The notes beneath the pieces were generated by a model. It was not told the origin of the DNA. It was given only the letters and a program-made list of their open reading frames with translations, and ran no database searches. Below, one piece after another: positions 23,410 through 37,526 of a stretch of DNA of 64,000 nt. A program made the position numbers and the translations under genes. The DNA is from Anthoceros angustus. Taxonomy: Eukaryota; Plantae; Anthocerotophyta. Position 1 is the stretch's first letter. Each line of letters opens with the position of its first letter. The stretch covers positions 434,001 to 498,000 of the forward strand of contig MU008159.1 of assembly GCA_010909165.1 (NCBI GenBank). The letters run 5' to 3'.

Positions 23410-25630
23410 CGCACACAAAACAATGATGGAGCGCTGGACTTATCTGGTGGTTTGGGGAGACAGGTGCCCTCCTTCTGTTGGTGGTCCAGACCACAGCTTG
23501 TGGTACCTACGCGGAGATGCTTGAGTTCCTGGGGACGGGTGGAATACCCGCGGATCTTTCGAAACCACAGCAGCAGGCGTTTGTGCACTATTCGCGTCCG
23601 TTTGTATGACGCAAGAACAATTTGTACAAATCGGGACCGGATGGACGGGAGAGGTTGTGGGTGACAGGAGAGCAGGTTACTCGAGTGCTGACAGAGATGC
23701 ACGAAGGAGAAGCGGGGGGACATTTTGCAGCACATATCACGTGCAAGAAGGTGCTCGAAACAGGGTATTGGTGGCAAACCATGCATCAGGATGCTAAGGA
23801 GTTTGTAAAACGTTGCGACGCTTGTCAGAGGGTTGGGAAACCATCTGCAACCACCCAATGGCCAATGGTTTCGATATTGGCCCTGGCGCCATTCGAGAAA
23901 TGGGGAATAGATTTGCCGGTCCCATCCAGACGAAGACGCCGACAAAACCAATACATCCTAGTGGCCACCGACTATTGCAGCGTATGGTGGAGGCAGCAGC
24001 ACTCTGGTAGAACCAGCTCGGTGGCAGTTCCTCTATGAACAGATTATCACTCGACACGGTTGTCCCTTGGAACTCGTCGGCCAGTCGCCCCATTCATGAA
24101 GTCATTTTCATATGACGATCTACTTCAACGCTCGCCACAGAAAACGACTCCTTATAATCCGGCGAATGGGCTAACAGAGAAGGCGAATGGGCTCTTGTGC
24201 GGGATCTCAACCGACGGTGGAATATGCGATGATTGGGATCTCAAGCTTCACTCAGCTCAGGCGCAGGATCGCAGAAAGATAACGACGCAACAAACACCGT
24301 ACTACCTCACCCACGCCATTCTCCTAATGCCTGAGTTTGAAATTCTACCGCGCATCTGTGAATCTAACCGCATGGCGAGGAAAGTCACCGCCTGGCTTCG
24401 CTAAACACCGAGGATAGGGAACAAGCGTTGAGCGTCATGCAGGATATTCAAGCAAAACGAAAAATATGGCATGACAAGCGGTTGCGGAAGCAAGAGTGGG
24501 TAGTCCCTGGGGACTTGGCCTTGCTGTACGACAATAGGTATATGCACTTTCCAGGAAAGCTCCACCTTCGATGGATGGGGCCATATAGAGTTCTTGAAGT
24601 CTTCACCAATGGCTCCGTGCAAGAAGGTGCTCGAAAAAGGGTATTGGTGGCAAACCATGCATCAGGATGCTAAGGAGTTTGTAAAACGTTGCGACGCTTG
24701 TCAGAGGGTTGGGAAACCATCTGCAACCACCCAATGGCCAATGGTTTCGATATTGGCCCTGGCGCCATTCGAGAAATGGGGAATAGATTTCGTCGGTCCC
24801 ATCCAGCCGAAGACGAAGACGCCGACAAAACCAATACATCCTAGTGGCCACCGACTATTGCACGCGTATGGTGGAGGCACAGGCACTACAGGTAGACACA
24901 GCTCATGTGGTGGCCAGGTTCCTCTATGAACAGATTATCACTCGATACGGTTGTCCCTTGGAACTCGTCAGCGACAGAGGGTCGCACTTCGTCAATGAAG
25001 TCATTTCTCATATGACGATCTACTTCAACGTTCGCCACAGGAAAACGACTCCTTATAATCCGAAGGCGAATGGGCTAACAGAGAAGGCGAATGGGCTCTT
25101 GTGCAGGATCCTCAACAAACTGACGGTGGAATATGCGTATGATTGGGATCTCAAGCTTCACTCCGCGCTCTGGGCGTACAGGACTGCAGAAAAGATAACG
25201 ACGCAACAAACACCGTACTACCTCACCCCATTCTCCGGTAATGCCTGTTGAGTTTGAAATTCCTACCCTGCGCATCCAGGAATCTAACCGCATGGCAGTA
25301 GAGGAAAGTCAGCTGGAACGCCTGGTCGGCTTCGCTAAACACACCGAGGATAGGGAACAAGCGTTGAGCGTCATGCAGGATATTCAGGTGAAACGAAAAA
25401 TATGGCATGACAACCGGTTGGGGAAGCAAGAGTGGGTAGTCCCTGGTGACTTGGCCCTGCTGTACGACAATAGGTATATGCACTTTCCAGGAAAGCTCCA
25501 CCTTCGATGGATGGGGCCATATAGAGTTCTCGAAGTCTTCACCAATGGCTCCGTACAGCTGCAAGAGTTAGATGGACCTCCACTACCAACCCGGGTTAAC
25601 GGTTGGAGGATCAAGAAGTATTATACGTAA
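23410..25630 (+). mobile_element. Ty3/Gypsy integrase region with an internal tandem duplication
   Basis: HEGEAGGHF…YWWQTMHQDAKEFVKRCDACQR, PFEKWGIDFVGP, LVSDRGSHF, WMGPYRV. 23740-24616 is repeated at 24617-25555. A purine tract AGAAGGGGAG lies at ~25654. Confidence 0.95.
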
Positions 25631-27153
25631 GTTGGCGAGGACGCCAACAAATGAGAAGGGGAGTATGTAAACGATCTAGAATCGGAAACCCCCTGTTGAA
25701 ATGTGCCTTGAAGTGTTTTTTTTGTTTTTTTGGTTAAGGGTGGTGTGAAAATAAGTCAGGTTGACAGTAGGCAAAGGTATTTATAGTAGAAATGTCCTTG
25801 GCCTATGGGGTTTTTCTTGTTTTTGTTTCTTAGATTAGATAATAAGTGGTCCGGGTACTCGATGTTCCTTGGCCCATGGACTTGGGATATCCACTAAAAA
25901 GTCTATATACGGGAGGAGGGGGTAAGCACCTCAGCTAGAGCAGGAGGTCCTATTATGTTGCGGCACATGGATGAGGAAACTTATGTTCCTGGTCTATATG
26001 TGAATGGGGAACGCGTGCTTAACTTCACTGTCCATGTGCGTGTGGAAATAGGAAGGATCGTGGCCTACCATCGCAAGTGAGGACCCGAAGTGGATACTTC
26101 TACCACTGCGCCCGAGTGTGGGGGTTGGCCCCCTATTATGCGGAGGCGACCTTGGAGGAGTTAAGTGAGGAGGAGGTCCAGGCTTGGGTGGACGAGGAAC
26201 CGGTAATAATCCTCAGCAATAGGCGGCAAGCGGAAGATGCGGAAGCTCCAGGGCAGGGTATGCCCCCAATTAGGACGTCCAGCAGAGACAATGAGGTGGA
26301 AGTCTTGTGGGAAAACCTGTCAGATCAGCGGCGTGGCAGGAGGGCTCGTGGCGGCGGCAACGGAGGACGAAGGGCTAGGCGGACAAGTCGGGGAAGGGCG
26401 CGCAGATAGCGTAGGCAAATAGGTGATAGCATCCTAGGAATGGAATTTGGTTAGGATGCCACACTGGACCTAAGATCGCTCAGAATTGTAGGCGCGTCTC
26501 CTCACGATAGCTGTTTTTAGGACCTGGAAATCTGGGGGGGGGGTCAGGACGGCCCAGCCGATGTATAAGAGGGGCGAATTATGCCCTTCACAGCAGATAA
26601 TTTCTGGTTGAGATCCCCACGCTGCCTGCGGCTGGTTGGAGACGTCCAATTAACGGAGGCGGGTGTGCGAGACGCTCCTAGGGATGGTCGAGAGCTTGCT
26701 CCGCGACTGGAGGAGGAAAGGGCGATAGAGCACTCTTGCTGACAAAGGGGGAGGGAACCAAGGGATTGGCGCGGGGCGGGTCTGGAGCTTGCTCGTAACG
26801 CCTGATGTGACGCCCTGGGGTTCTTCTTCCTTCGCTTCTTTTCCCTATTGGTTGTGTTTTGAAATTGAGAGAGACTGTGTGTGCGTGAGTGGATGCCTGA
26901 GGGGCGGAGAGAGAGAGAGGAGAGGGAGCAGATCGGGTGAAGGAGAGATTAAGTACTGTACGCGATGCGAGGTGCTAAATCGTGAGTGAGGGAGGAAGAA
27001 GAGAACAGGTGGAGGGGTTACGATCGGAACTGGTATGTAGAAATCGCGAATTGGGTCGGTGCTGTCAAGGAAGTGCGCATGGGGAACGGTGTTTCCTGGA
27101 GGAAATAAGGCGGTGTGGCGCCCTTGTGTGTGTGTGCATGTGTGTGGATTGAG

Positions 27154-27597
27154 TGTGGGGAGGCCTAGGAATTTCCAGTGTCAAGAATCGGGTTGGGCAT
27201 AGTGTCTGGGGGGTAGAGTAACATCCAGACTACGGGTGGAGCCAACCTCGTACCAGAGATCCGCGGCGCCGCGAGCCCGAATCAGTCGCTAGGGTTTGGT
27301 GTGGGACCCACCTCGGTAGTCGTAACAACTACCTGGTAGTGGTGCGGACTACCGCACGAGGAACGAGGTCGGGGGTTAGACCTGGGGCAGTTGGAGAGGT
27401 CAGGAGGTAGTCGTAGTCGAGGAGATAGGTAGAGGAGTAATAGCAGGTAAGTCCTGACTTAGGTGAAGGTCAGTAGCAATAGAAGTTAGCGTTCCTTGGC
27501 ACAAACCATTCCCTAAGGAGCGAATCCCAGGACTACAACGACATTGAGGGTGAATGTGGACCTCACCGTGTCTCAGGACACGAGTTTACACCCCACA
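27154..27597. mobile_element. ~444-bp LTR-like repeat (TGTGGGG…CCCCACA)
   Basis: 7-bp terminal inverted ends. A second, diverged copy lies at 44841-45284. Confidence 0.7.
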
Positions 27598-28859
27598 GCT
27601 TCTGTTGGTAGTTTAGGTACCATGACAGCTATGCAGCTGTGGCGTGACAGTTGTCATGGCACACAAGTAGAGTGTGGAACTACTTTTGCTGACGGCCAGC
27701 TGGACATGCACCGATCCCGTGTCGTTGTGGTATGGGGTCCGTTCCTAAGAGAATGACTGTTCCTCTCGCTTGCGTTTTCCTACTCAACTTGCCTATCTTA
27801 CCCTTCGTCGTCTACGTTCGGCTACTTACGACGATAGCCCACTGCGCTCGACACTGCGTGCCTACCTCGTGCGGACTCTAGTTAGTCTCGCGGTTCCGTT
27901 GCGTCTCACCGGTTCATCACCGTACGGTCCCGGTATAGCCAAATGTTTAAGGACCTGTTCTCGTCCCAAAAGTCTCTCTCTCCCTCTCCCTTGGCTCCTT
28001 CACTCTTTCTCTCTTGTTGTCCTCGTCCGCACCCAAGGGTGCCTAGTTGAAATTGCGGGTCCGGTGGGTGTGGGTTGCACCACCTCCACATTGCGTTCCC
28101 GTGCCGTCCACCAAGCTCTACCGCCTTCCACAGGGTGCAGCTAACCGCATCCGCTGTCCGCCCGGCCGAGATCCCTGGAAGAGCTGGGATCCCGAGTTCT
28201 CCAACCTGCACTCACCACCACGCGTTAGGGTTTGTCACCAGAACCTAGATCAGTCTCTCCGGAGTAGTCCGCCCGCTCGATGACTTGGGACTTGCGTTAG
28301 TACTGGACTGACAAGGATCTGCAAGTATAACGTGGCATCAACCCCAAAAGAAAGATCACTTTACTGGAATAGCAATCCCCCTCTTATACTACGTTCCGAG
28401 GTAGTGCCTTTATTACACTCCTAAATCGGCCTTATGACCAGCTCACTATGCACGCACGAGTGGCCCCCACTCCCGTTGTGGTCTTATCTACGTCTACGGC
28501 GGTGGGGCTGTTGTTGACTATGACTAACTCCTGGCACTGGCAGCCCAATCCCCAGCTCTGGCGCCTGAGGAGTGCCCAATCGGATGATCCTTGACCCCGG
28601 AGTCCAGTGGAGGCCCTTCCCCTACCTCTAACCCTGTCAGGCTGCGCCACTGGGGGTGGATTGACAACTGCTGTTGGTACTAAGTCCTTCTCCTCGCTGT
28701 CCCCCGGTGCGCTGGTGGGACCCTGTCCCTCATGTCTGTCTGGAGCCCGTTCGTCCTAGGCTGGTCGAGCCTGACCCCCGACCAAGCCCGCCTCTTCCTC
28801 CAGAGTTCGGAGCACTGGGTCCGTCTCCCCCTCCTGAGACTGGACCGCTGGGTCAGTCC

Positions 28860-29383
28860 TTTAAAAAATAGCTTGCAAATCATTTGGTCTTGGTTGTCGA
28901 GGACGAAGGACTTATTAAAAAAATAGCTTGCAAATCATTTGATCTTGGTTGTCGAGGACCAAGGATGAATTACATAAATAGTAAATGGTCTTGTTTGTCA
29001 AGGACCAAGGACCCAGGACTAATTAAATAGATTGCAAATGGCATTGCTTGTCAAGGACCAAGGACTAATAAAATAGATGGCAAATGGCATTGCTTGTCAA
29101 GGACCAAGGACTAATTCAATAGATAGCAAATGTTTTTTTTTTTTTTTTGGGCAAAAGCCTAAGACACTATAAGATAAATGGAAAAAGGTACAAAAGTCCT
29201 CGAGAACAAAGACACAAATGGTTTTGCTTGTTGAGGACCAAGGACTAATTAAATAGATAGGTGCAAATGGTCCTACATGCTTGTTGAGGTCGAAGATTGG
29301 CCATGTGACTATGTATGTTTTCAAAAGCTGTTTTCAAAAGCATGATAATGCATGGATGCACGGATGCATGTCTGCATGCACTG
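28860..29383 (-). repeat. Inverted copy of the 44-bp repeat array block
   Basis: Reverse complement of 3440-3960 and 11500-12020. Confidence 0.85.
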
Positions 29384-29769
29384 TGGAAGGGCTCCAACCA
29401 CTTCTCAGTCTGTTCGTCATCCAAAATTTGTGGAAAGCCCTGTGCCCGTGCATCCTAAACAAAATGATGGCAGACCTTCCCGATAATGATGTTGCATTCT
29501 TTCACCACCACATCTTGTTGCCTAGGCCTGCCTTGCCTTCATCCAGACATGTCATGAAACTGCAAACAAGCGGGGGCGCCAAGCGGGGAGTGGGGGAAGA
29601 GGGAGGGCGAGGAGGGCTTACAAACCCCCTTTTGTAAATGTCTTAATTTTTAAAACATCTAAAAACCCACATTGTAAATTGGTGTAAGTTTCACTGATGT
29701 GGTAAGTTTAAAAATGCACTTTAGAACGGGGGTTTCTAGTAGGATGACTTGGCACTCTTTTGGGTGCCC

Positions 29770-30370
29770 ATTTACAACAACGGATTGATGACGTGGTTCC
29801 CTTGTTGTAGATTACGTTGTTAAAGCCTTTTTCTCAAAATTTGATCTTTATTTTTCTAAAACTCTTTATTAATGTTACTAATCACAAAAATATGATTGGA
29901 GGCCATTTACAACAGTGTTTGATGTCGTGGCTCCCTTGTTGTTGATTACGTTGTAAGACCTTTTTCTCATAATTTGTTCTTAATTTCTTTAAAATTATTT
30001 ATTATTATTATTAGTCACAAAAATATGTTGTAAGCAATTGATGACGTGTCTCCCTTATTTTTTATTGTAGATTTAGTTGTAAAACGTTTTTTCTCAAAAT
30101 TTATTCTTCATTTCTTCATTCTTCAAAACTCTTTATTATTGTTATTGATCACAAATAATATGATTGGAGGCCATTAACAATAATGGATTGATGATGTGGC
30201 TCCCTTGTTGTAGATTACGTTGTTAAATCTTTTTCTCAAAAATTTTATCTTTATTTCTTTATATTCTTTATCTGTATAATAATAATAATAATAATATGAT
30301 TAGGGTTCATTTATAACAGGGATTGATGACGTGGCTCCCATGTGGTAGACTATGTTGTAAAGTATAAACA
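29770..30370 (+). repeat. AT-rich ~120-140-bp imperfect tandem repeats (~5 units)
   Basis: Recurrent GATTGATGACGTGGCTCCCTTGTTGTAGATTACGTTG…TTTTTCTCAAAATT. Confidence 0.8.
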
Positions 30371-32504
30371 GCATGTCATAAAGTGTACGCAAAGTTGTAA
30401 ATTTGGTGGTCTAGCAGTACGGTCAAGCTATTATGGGCAGGCACCACCTCTAAGCCCACAAGTGCGCATTGTCCCTATGGGGGGAAAACCCCGGGGCTTC
30501 CAAGATTCACCCTCTAGCGGCCACACTTATCCCATTGTCGCTTCGTACGTTGGATTTCGTCCCATGAGACTTGTGTGAACGGTCGGATCTTGGGAAATCA
30601 ATCGTCGCCTACATCTACACACTACCTCAGCCTCCTCAACAAGCAAGGCGCCCACTACTCTCCCCCTTTTAGCAGCTGCACTACCTGCACTGCTCCGGAA
30701 ATTCACCAATTCTCGACCTACAACGACACAACACAATTGTAGGTCATGCCTTAGCAGCAAGAAGTCTACCACGGGCGCCCAGGGACCCCCTGACCCACAC
30801 CGCGATTTTATCTCTACTCCTAAGACCAATCTTCTCCACACAAGGAGCGCCCTCTTACTACAGATTTGGGATTCGTCCCGTAGGCTCTGTCTTTGGCCTT
30901 GCGCTTTTCCTACACTCTAATCTTCCTCACAACCTTCTCAACCATGCTCTCCTCTTTTGTACTCATCGAACCTTCCTCCTTCCACGATCCCCTACTTTAA
31001 CACCGTTTGCTGGCTCATTAATTCCAATTCGCCCTTACGGTACAACTGCCTGAGGTCCGTCCAAAAATTAACGAGTTCTTCCTTGGGCCGGTTGCTATGT
31101 GGTTTGCGCCAGACAGCGAGAACCTACAGGGAGTCTTTCCCTGCAGTCTACCCTCAAGCCGAGAGTTCCTTGAGCATCGCCACACACTCAAAGCAAAACA
31201 ATTCACACAGCAACCATTCACAAGGGGAGCAGCTGGCAGGGGCGCCCGCAGAGAGCAAGCCCTCCACCCAGCACTGCGACCGTCGCGTTCTCCCTCTCTA
31301 CAAGACTCTGCGTTGGCTTGCAGCCAGCACGAAATTCTTGCACACAAAGCGAAGGACTCGGGAGGATGGGAGCGCAAGACACGATACTTCACTTTGTGAA
31401 ATCCTCCTCCTCTTATAGGAGGACCTCCACATACAACCTCCCTTGGGTGTGCCTGCTACAAGCCACCTTTCCCCAATATCTTATTATTTCCTACCGCCAG
31501 TATTTAAGTCCTGGCACCCAAGTCTACTGTCTGATCCTAGGTAAATTCTATTCTAGCAAGTTCACCTATGTCAACCTTTAAATAACTTCAGCCTACACCA
31601 CCTATCCTTCCCACTTCCCAAAGTACAGTTATGGTCATTGACCAATTTGAGTCCTTAACACGATAATTTTTGAAGGGGGGGATATACTGACCCCCTTCGG
31701 CCGAGACAGCACCCCCTTGTCACGAAGAACACCTTACCTAGAACAGCATATGTGCCCTACTTTGATAATGCACACACCCTTTACGAGGTCATATCTTTGA
31801 TAAAGATGCACTTTCAAGTCTACACCCGAGAACCGGAGCATGAGGGTGTGGGCCCGTTGCGTTTAGTAGAATGCATAGAGGGCTGCCATTTTCATATGTT
31901 TATTACAATAAAACTTTTACTTTCAAGTGGTGGAACACAATGAAAACAATCTGTACTAGCGGAGTCTCATTTAAGTGGTCGTGAGAACATTGCAACAAAC
32001 AAGCTGCTAAGGAGGAAGTGGTCATCAAGATCGACAATAGCCATTCAAGAGTGCGGCTGGCGACTCATCCATGCCTTGCGCCCGAATCAGTACCACCGCC
32101 ATATTCGAGGCGGTCCATATCCTCCGCCTCGAAGTTGTCGTTCTCCTCCATTGCTTGCTCGTCTTCAATAGTATCATTCTTGGGCCCGCCGACGGTGTCG
32201 ATCGCCACAAAGATCTAGGGTCTCACGACCCTCATCCAAAAGGTCGCCACCGTGGTCTTCAACCTTCGGCACTCAATGCAACCACTTGGGCTTTAAGGCA
32301 ATGCCAACGTCCTTAAAATGAACAAAGTTAGTTGCCCATGCGCCCATGCAAGCATCCTTAAAATCAACAAAATTGAACTATTGAGGAGGCACGAGGTTTG
32401 AACACGAAACCTATTCATTACTACACTTATTTCCCCAAACACTAGACCAACAATCCATGGTGTTATTCTTGAGGCGCTAAATATTTATTTTTGAAGACAG
32501 CCTA

Positions 32505-32920
32505 GGAGGCCGGCCGGCGCCCATGGGCGGTGTGCTAGGGAGGCGCCGGCCGGCGCCCATGGGCGGTGTGCTAGGGAGGCGCCGGCCGGCGCCCATGGGC
32601 GGTGTGCTAGGGAGGCGCCGGCCGGCGCCCATGGGCGGTGTGCTAGGGGCGGCCGGCCGGCGCCCATGGGCGGTGTGCTAGGGAGGCGGCCGGCGGCCGG
32701 CGCCCATGGGCGGTGTGCTAGGGAGGCGGCCGGCGCCATGGTGGTGGGGGAGGCGCCGGCCGGCGCCCATGGGCAGGCGGTGGCGGCGCCGGCCGGCGCC
32801 CATGGGCGGTGTGCTAGGGAGGCGCCGGCCGGCGCCCATGGGCGGTGTGCTAGGGAGGCGCCGGCCGGCGCCCATGGGCGGTGTGCTAGGGAGGCGCCGG
32901 CCGGCGCCTCCCTTAGCACC
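32505..32920. repeat. GC-rich 36-bp minisatellite (~11 units) with palindromic cores
   Basis: Unit GGCGCCGGCCGGCGCCCATGGGCGGTGTGCTAGGGA; the array ends in an inverted half-unit. Confidence 0.95.
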
Positions 32921-33380
32921 ATCCTACGGTGCATCGGGTGAAGCTAGGGGGACAAGAAGGAACGGCAGTATCCTATCACCGATGGAAGGTGTGGCCCATT
33001 TGCGGGAAGGGTTAAAAGATTTGCGTCCATAGGTGATGAAGAGTATAAGTGGTGGGAAGCCTTTGGACCGGAAGGAGATTGCTATCGTGGAGAATAACAT
33101 TGGGCTAGTGCTACGTCCTTGGAAGTGGTTTTCACGTGCGAAGTGGATCATACTGACCACTTCAAGTGCGGATGAAGCTTTGCTAGATGAGGCATTATTG
33201 AGGACCTCCACGGCGTGATATGTATTTGGGGCATATCAAAATGCGGGAAGGCAAGCTGGAAATGGCGGATGAATGGGGACATAACGGAACCGAGAGGGAT
33301 GCGCGTGCAATACGGACATGCATAACAGGCCATTACGGATTGGGGAGGTCATTGACGTGAAGCTAAGCACCACGACCTCA

Positions 33381-36300
33381 CTTTCTTATCCACTAGTATC
33401 GGACCGAGCACATAGATGCGTATGAAGGGAGATATGCGGGGAACACATAGTCCGCCAGAGTGGTAACCCATCGGTCCAATGCCGAGGAAAAAGGGAATAA
33501 GATCCATTACCTAAAAACATACAGTGAGGTATTTGTGAATGAAATACCATCCCAGATTATGGGTTTGTGTTGAACGACGAAACATCTGTATGTGGACAAA
33601 AAGCGATAAGGGATAAGCTCTGCGAGTTGCGTGGCTTCATACAACTGCGAGTGAAAGTGTCAAGATAGTGATGACAATGGAGGAGAAGTCGGACCAAGTG
33701 ATGACGATGGATTGAACTACGGGGATGAGTGGCGAAATCTCGTTTTCCGGGGTCCCGAGTTAATGTTGTAAGTCCGGTTCTTGATGTTTACGTGTTGAAA
33801 TACCTGTCGTGGCTTTTGTGGTGTCATAACAAAACCACATTTCCATCCCAAAACTGAGTTTACAGTCGTCCCTGCCCGGCAGGAACGGCCTTCCTCACCG
33901 TTCCTACTTTGCATCATTCCCCTAGGTTCGAGTTTGCGACCACCATTCGACACAAACATTGCTGGATGGAAAGTAGTAACTTTACTGGGTGACACCCTTT
34001 TTTTCGGAGCTGTTTTCCGCAATGCCTTCAAAACGCTGTTTTAGGGCCCATCAAAAACCCCCTTCAGAGATTATTTGCGGAAAACCCCCTTCGAGATTAT
34101 TCACCCCCTTCAAAAATTATCGTGTTCCTTATCTTGTTGCGGTGGTGATGCGTTCCCTCCTGGTTGGTCTTCTCACCCCCTTTTTTGCTGCTGACCCTTC
34201 CCCAGTTTCTGTCTTCTCCTGACTTGTGGGGCAAGAATCTTCTTGCCCCCTCTTCCTGCTCTGCAGGGGCGGCGCCCTGCTTCCATTTATCCTTCAGTTT
34301 GTCACGCCCCTTCCTCATGCTCCAAACGGCTTGTCTTCCCAACTCTGTTGGCTGGCCACGCCTCTTCGAAGGTCATCCTACCGCGGTAGGCTGGCAACCT
34401 ACCAGGGTAGGTTGATCACCTACCATGGTAGGTTGGTCCTTTTTCTCCCTTGTTGCTCTCTTTCCTCCTCCTCATCAGCATAGACTTCCTGGGTCAAGAT
34501 CTTCTCAGCTCCTTTGCCTGCTGTTTGATTTGTCCATACCTATCATGGAGCATTTCCAAAAGATCCCTTTTCCCCAATTGCTGCCTGATGATGTCCTCTC
34601 CCCTAATGATTCCTCCGGGCCTTCTTTGTGTTGGACTCTTCCCCAGGCCCTGGTTCTTCCCTTGGCCGCGAGGTGTGGGAATTCCTCACCCCCTCTCCTA
34701 TCCCGATGGGTCGGACCTCGTCTTTGATCTCCTCGGGTGGCGTTCCTCCATCAGCCACCTCATCATCCATCCCAGGGGGTATGTTGCCGGATCCCCCTGC
34801 CCTTCCATCCTCCGCCACCCCATCGCCTCGACCCTACGGACCTCCTGAGTCCTTGCCCCAGTGGTAGGGGTGGTCACCCACGTGGTAGGATGACCCCCCA
34901 AGCCGAGAGGTGACCTCCACCTTGCTCACTACGCAATCTCCTTCCGCCGCGCGGCCTCCTCGCCCTTCCTCCTCAGTCCATGTCACTTGTGGCTTCATCC
35001 AAATCAAGCCTTCAAATTTTACTTGCAATAGTTCCTCGCAATCATCATCATGAGGACCTATAGTCTTCCTCTTTGCAAGGCGCAACACCTCATTGTTGGC
35101 CTTCAGTACTCGGTTGTGGAGATGGGCTCCCAAACTCTGGTACTGCATCTCGAGATCATCGAGCTCTATTGGCCATTCCCCACTCTCACACCTATCCTTG
35201 TAGGCGTCCCTTACCATAGTCACTTCTCCTACCCTCACATGAAAGGGCGACATTCTCCTCCCTAGCTTCCCTATGTTGGATGGCCAACTTTGTTTGTAGG
35301 GCATAATCTGCCCGAAATCGCCTCTTCCTCACTACCAGCAACCTATGGACCACTTTCTTATCCACTAGTATCGGACCGAGCACATAGATGCGTATGAAGG
35401 AGATATGTGCAGAACATAGTCCGCCAGAGTGGTAACCCATCCGTCCAATGCCGAGGAAAAAGGGAATAAGATCCATTACCTAAAAACAGAGGTATTTGTG
35501 AATGAAACCATCCCAGACATGGGGTGTTGAACGACGAAACATCTGTATGTGGACAAAAAGCGATAAGGGATAAGCTCATGAGTTGCGTGGCTTCATACAA
35601 CTCGCGAGTGAAAGTGTCAAGATAGTGATGACAATGGAGGAGAAGTCGGACCAAGTGATGACGATGGATTGAACTCGGGATGAGTGAAAGAAATCTCCCG
35701 GTCCCGAGTTAATGTTGTAAGTCCGGCTGTCGATGTTTCGTGTTAGGAAATACCGTCTGTGGCTTTTGTGGTGTCATAACAAAACCACATTTCCATCCCA
35801 AAATCGAGTTTACTGTCTCGCCCGCAGAACGGCCTTCCTCACCGCTCCTACTTTGCATCATTCCCTAGGTTCGAGCCATACCACCATTCGACACAAACAT
35901 TGCCGGATGGAAAGTAGTAACTTTACCGGTGACACCTTTTTTGAGTGCTTTCCGAATGCCTTCAAAACGCTGCTTTAGGGCCCATCAAAACCCCTTCAGA
36001 GATTATTTGGAAACCCCTTCAGATTATTCACCCCTTCAAAAATTATCGTGTTCCTTATCTTGTTGCGTGGTGATGCGTTCCCTCTGGTTGGTCTTCACTT
36101 GCCTGCCGACCCTTCCCGTGCCTCTTCTCGACTTGTGGGGCAAGAATCTTCGCCCTTCCTCGCAGGCGGCGCCCGCTTCCATTTATCCTTCGCTTGTCAC
36201 GCCTTCCTCATGCTCCAAACGGCCTTGTCTTCCCAACTCGCTTGGCCCTCGGTCTCCTACTCATGGTGGCAACCTACCGTAGGTTGATCACCTTCCATGG

Positions 36301-37190
36301 AGGTTGGTCCTTCTCCCTTGTTGCTCTCTCCTCCTCCTCAAGATAGACTTCCTCGGTCAAGATCTTCTCATCCTTTGCTCGCTTGATTTGGTTCCATACC
36401 TATCATGAGCATTTCCAAAAGATCCTTTTCCCCAATTCCGATGATGTCCTCTCCCTAATGATTCCTCCGGCCTTCTTGTGTTGGACTCTTCCCCTGTGCC
36501 TGGTTCTTCCCCGGCCCAGGTGTGGAATTCCTCACCCTCTCCTATCCCGATGGACCGGACCTTCCTTGATCTCCTCGTTCCTCCATCGCCCACCTCATCA
36601 TCCATCCCAGGGGGTATGTTGCGATCCCCCTGCCCTTCCATCCTCCGCCACCGCCCACGCCTTCTCTCTCGGACCCACGCCCGTAGGTCCTGCCTAGTGC
36701 AGGGTGGTCACCTACCGTGGTAGGATGACCCCCTGCAAGCGTAGGCTGACCTCCTACCTTGCTCACTACGCAATCTCCTTCCTCGCCGCGCTTCCTCCGC
36801 CCTTCCGACTCAGTCCATGTCACTTGTGGCTTCATCCAAATCTGAAGCCTTCAGCCTTACTTGCAATAGTTCCTCGCAATCATCATCATGAGGACCTATA
36901 GTCTTCCTCTTTGCAAGGCGCAACACCTCATTGTTGGCCTTGACTCGGCGTTGTGGAGATGGGCTCCCAAACCTGCACGTGATCTCGAGATCATCGAGCT
37001 CTATTGGCCATTCCCACTCTCACACCTATCCTTGTAGGCGCCCTTACCATAGTCACTTCTCCACCCCCTCACATGAAAGGGCGACATTCTCCTCTAGCTT
37101 CCCATGTTGGATGGCCAACTTTGTTTGTAGGGCATAATCACCTCGAAATCGCCTCTTCCTCACTACCAAAGAACCCATGGACCACTTTCT
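33381..37190. repeat. ~1.97-kb tandem duplication (TE-like, unidentified ORF remnants on the minus strand)
   Basis: CTTTCTTATCCACTAGTATCGGACCGAGC occurs at 33381 and 35353, with colinear similarity through 35340/37190. Confidence 0.85.
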
Positions 37191-37526
37191 TGTGGCACTC
37201 CTCCTGAGCCTCCCTCCTCTGTGCGCCACTTGCTTGGCAAGCTTCTCCTTCTCTTCTGAAGCATCCTTCTCGCTCCACCCTTGCACTTGAGATCTTGGCT
37301 GATCGCCTCCGGTGCTCCTCACTTCCAAGCTCAACCAGGTCTTTCGCAATTCTTCCTCCACATCCCGGATTTTGATGGCTTGGGTGGCCAACACTTGCTC
37401 CTGTGCTTCCATTTGTTGGATCGCTCGCTTCTCCCTCCCTGAAGCTTCAGATTTTAGCCGTCGTTCCTGCTCCAGTTGGGCAAAATGGTCCTCCACCTTC
37501 AGTTTGAGGTGCTTTGCGGAAGCGTT

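Noticed and set aside
32485-33032. Repetitive ORFs (AGASLAHRPWAP)n and equivalents in other frames
   Set aside because: Open in several frames only because a stop-poor 36-bp GC-rich unit is repeated; there is no coding context.
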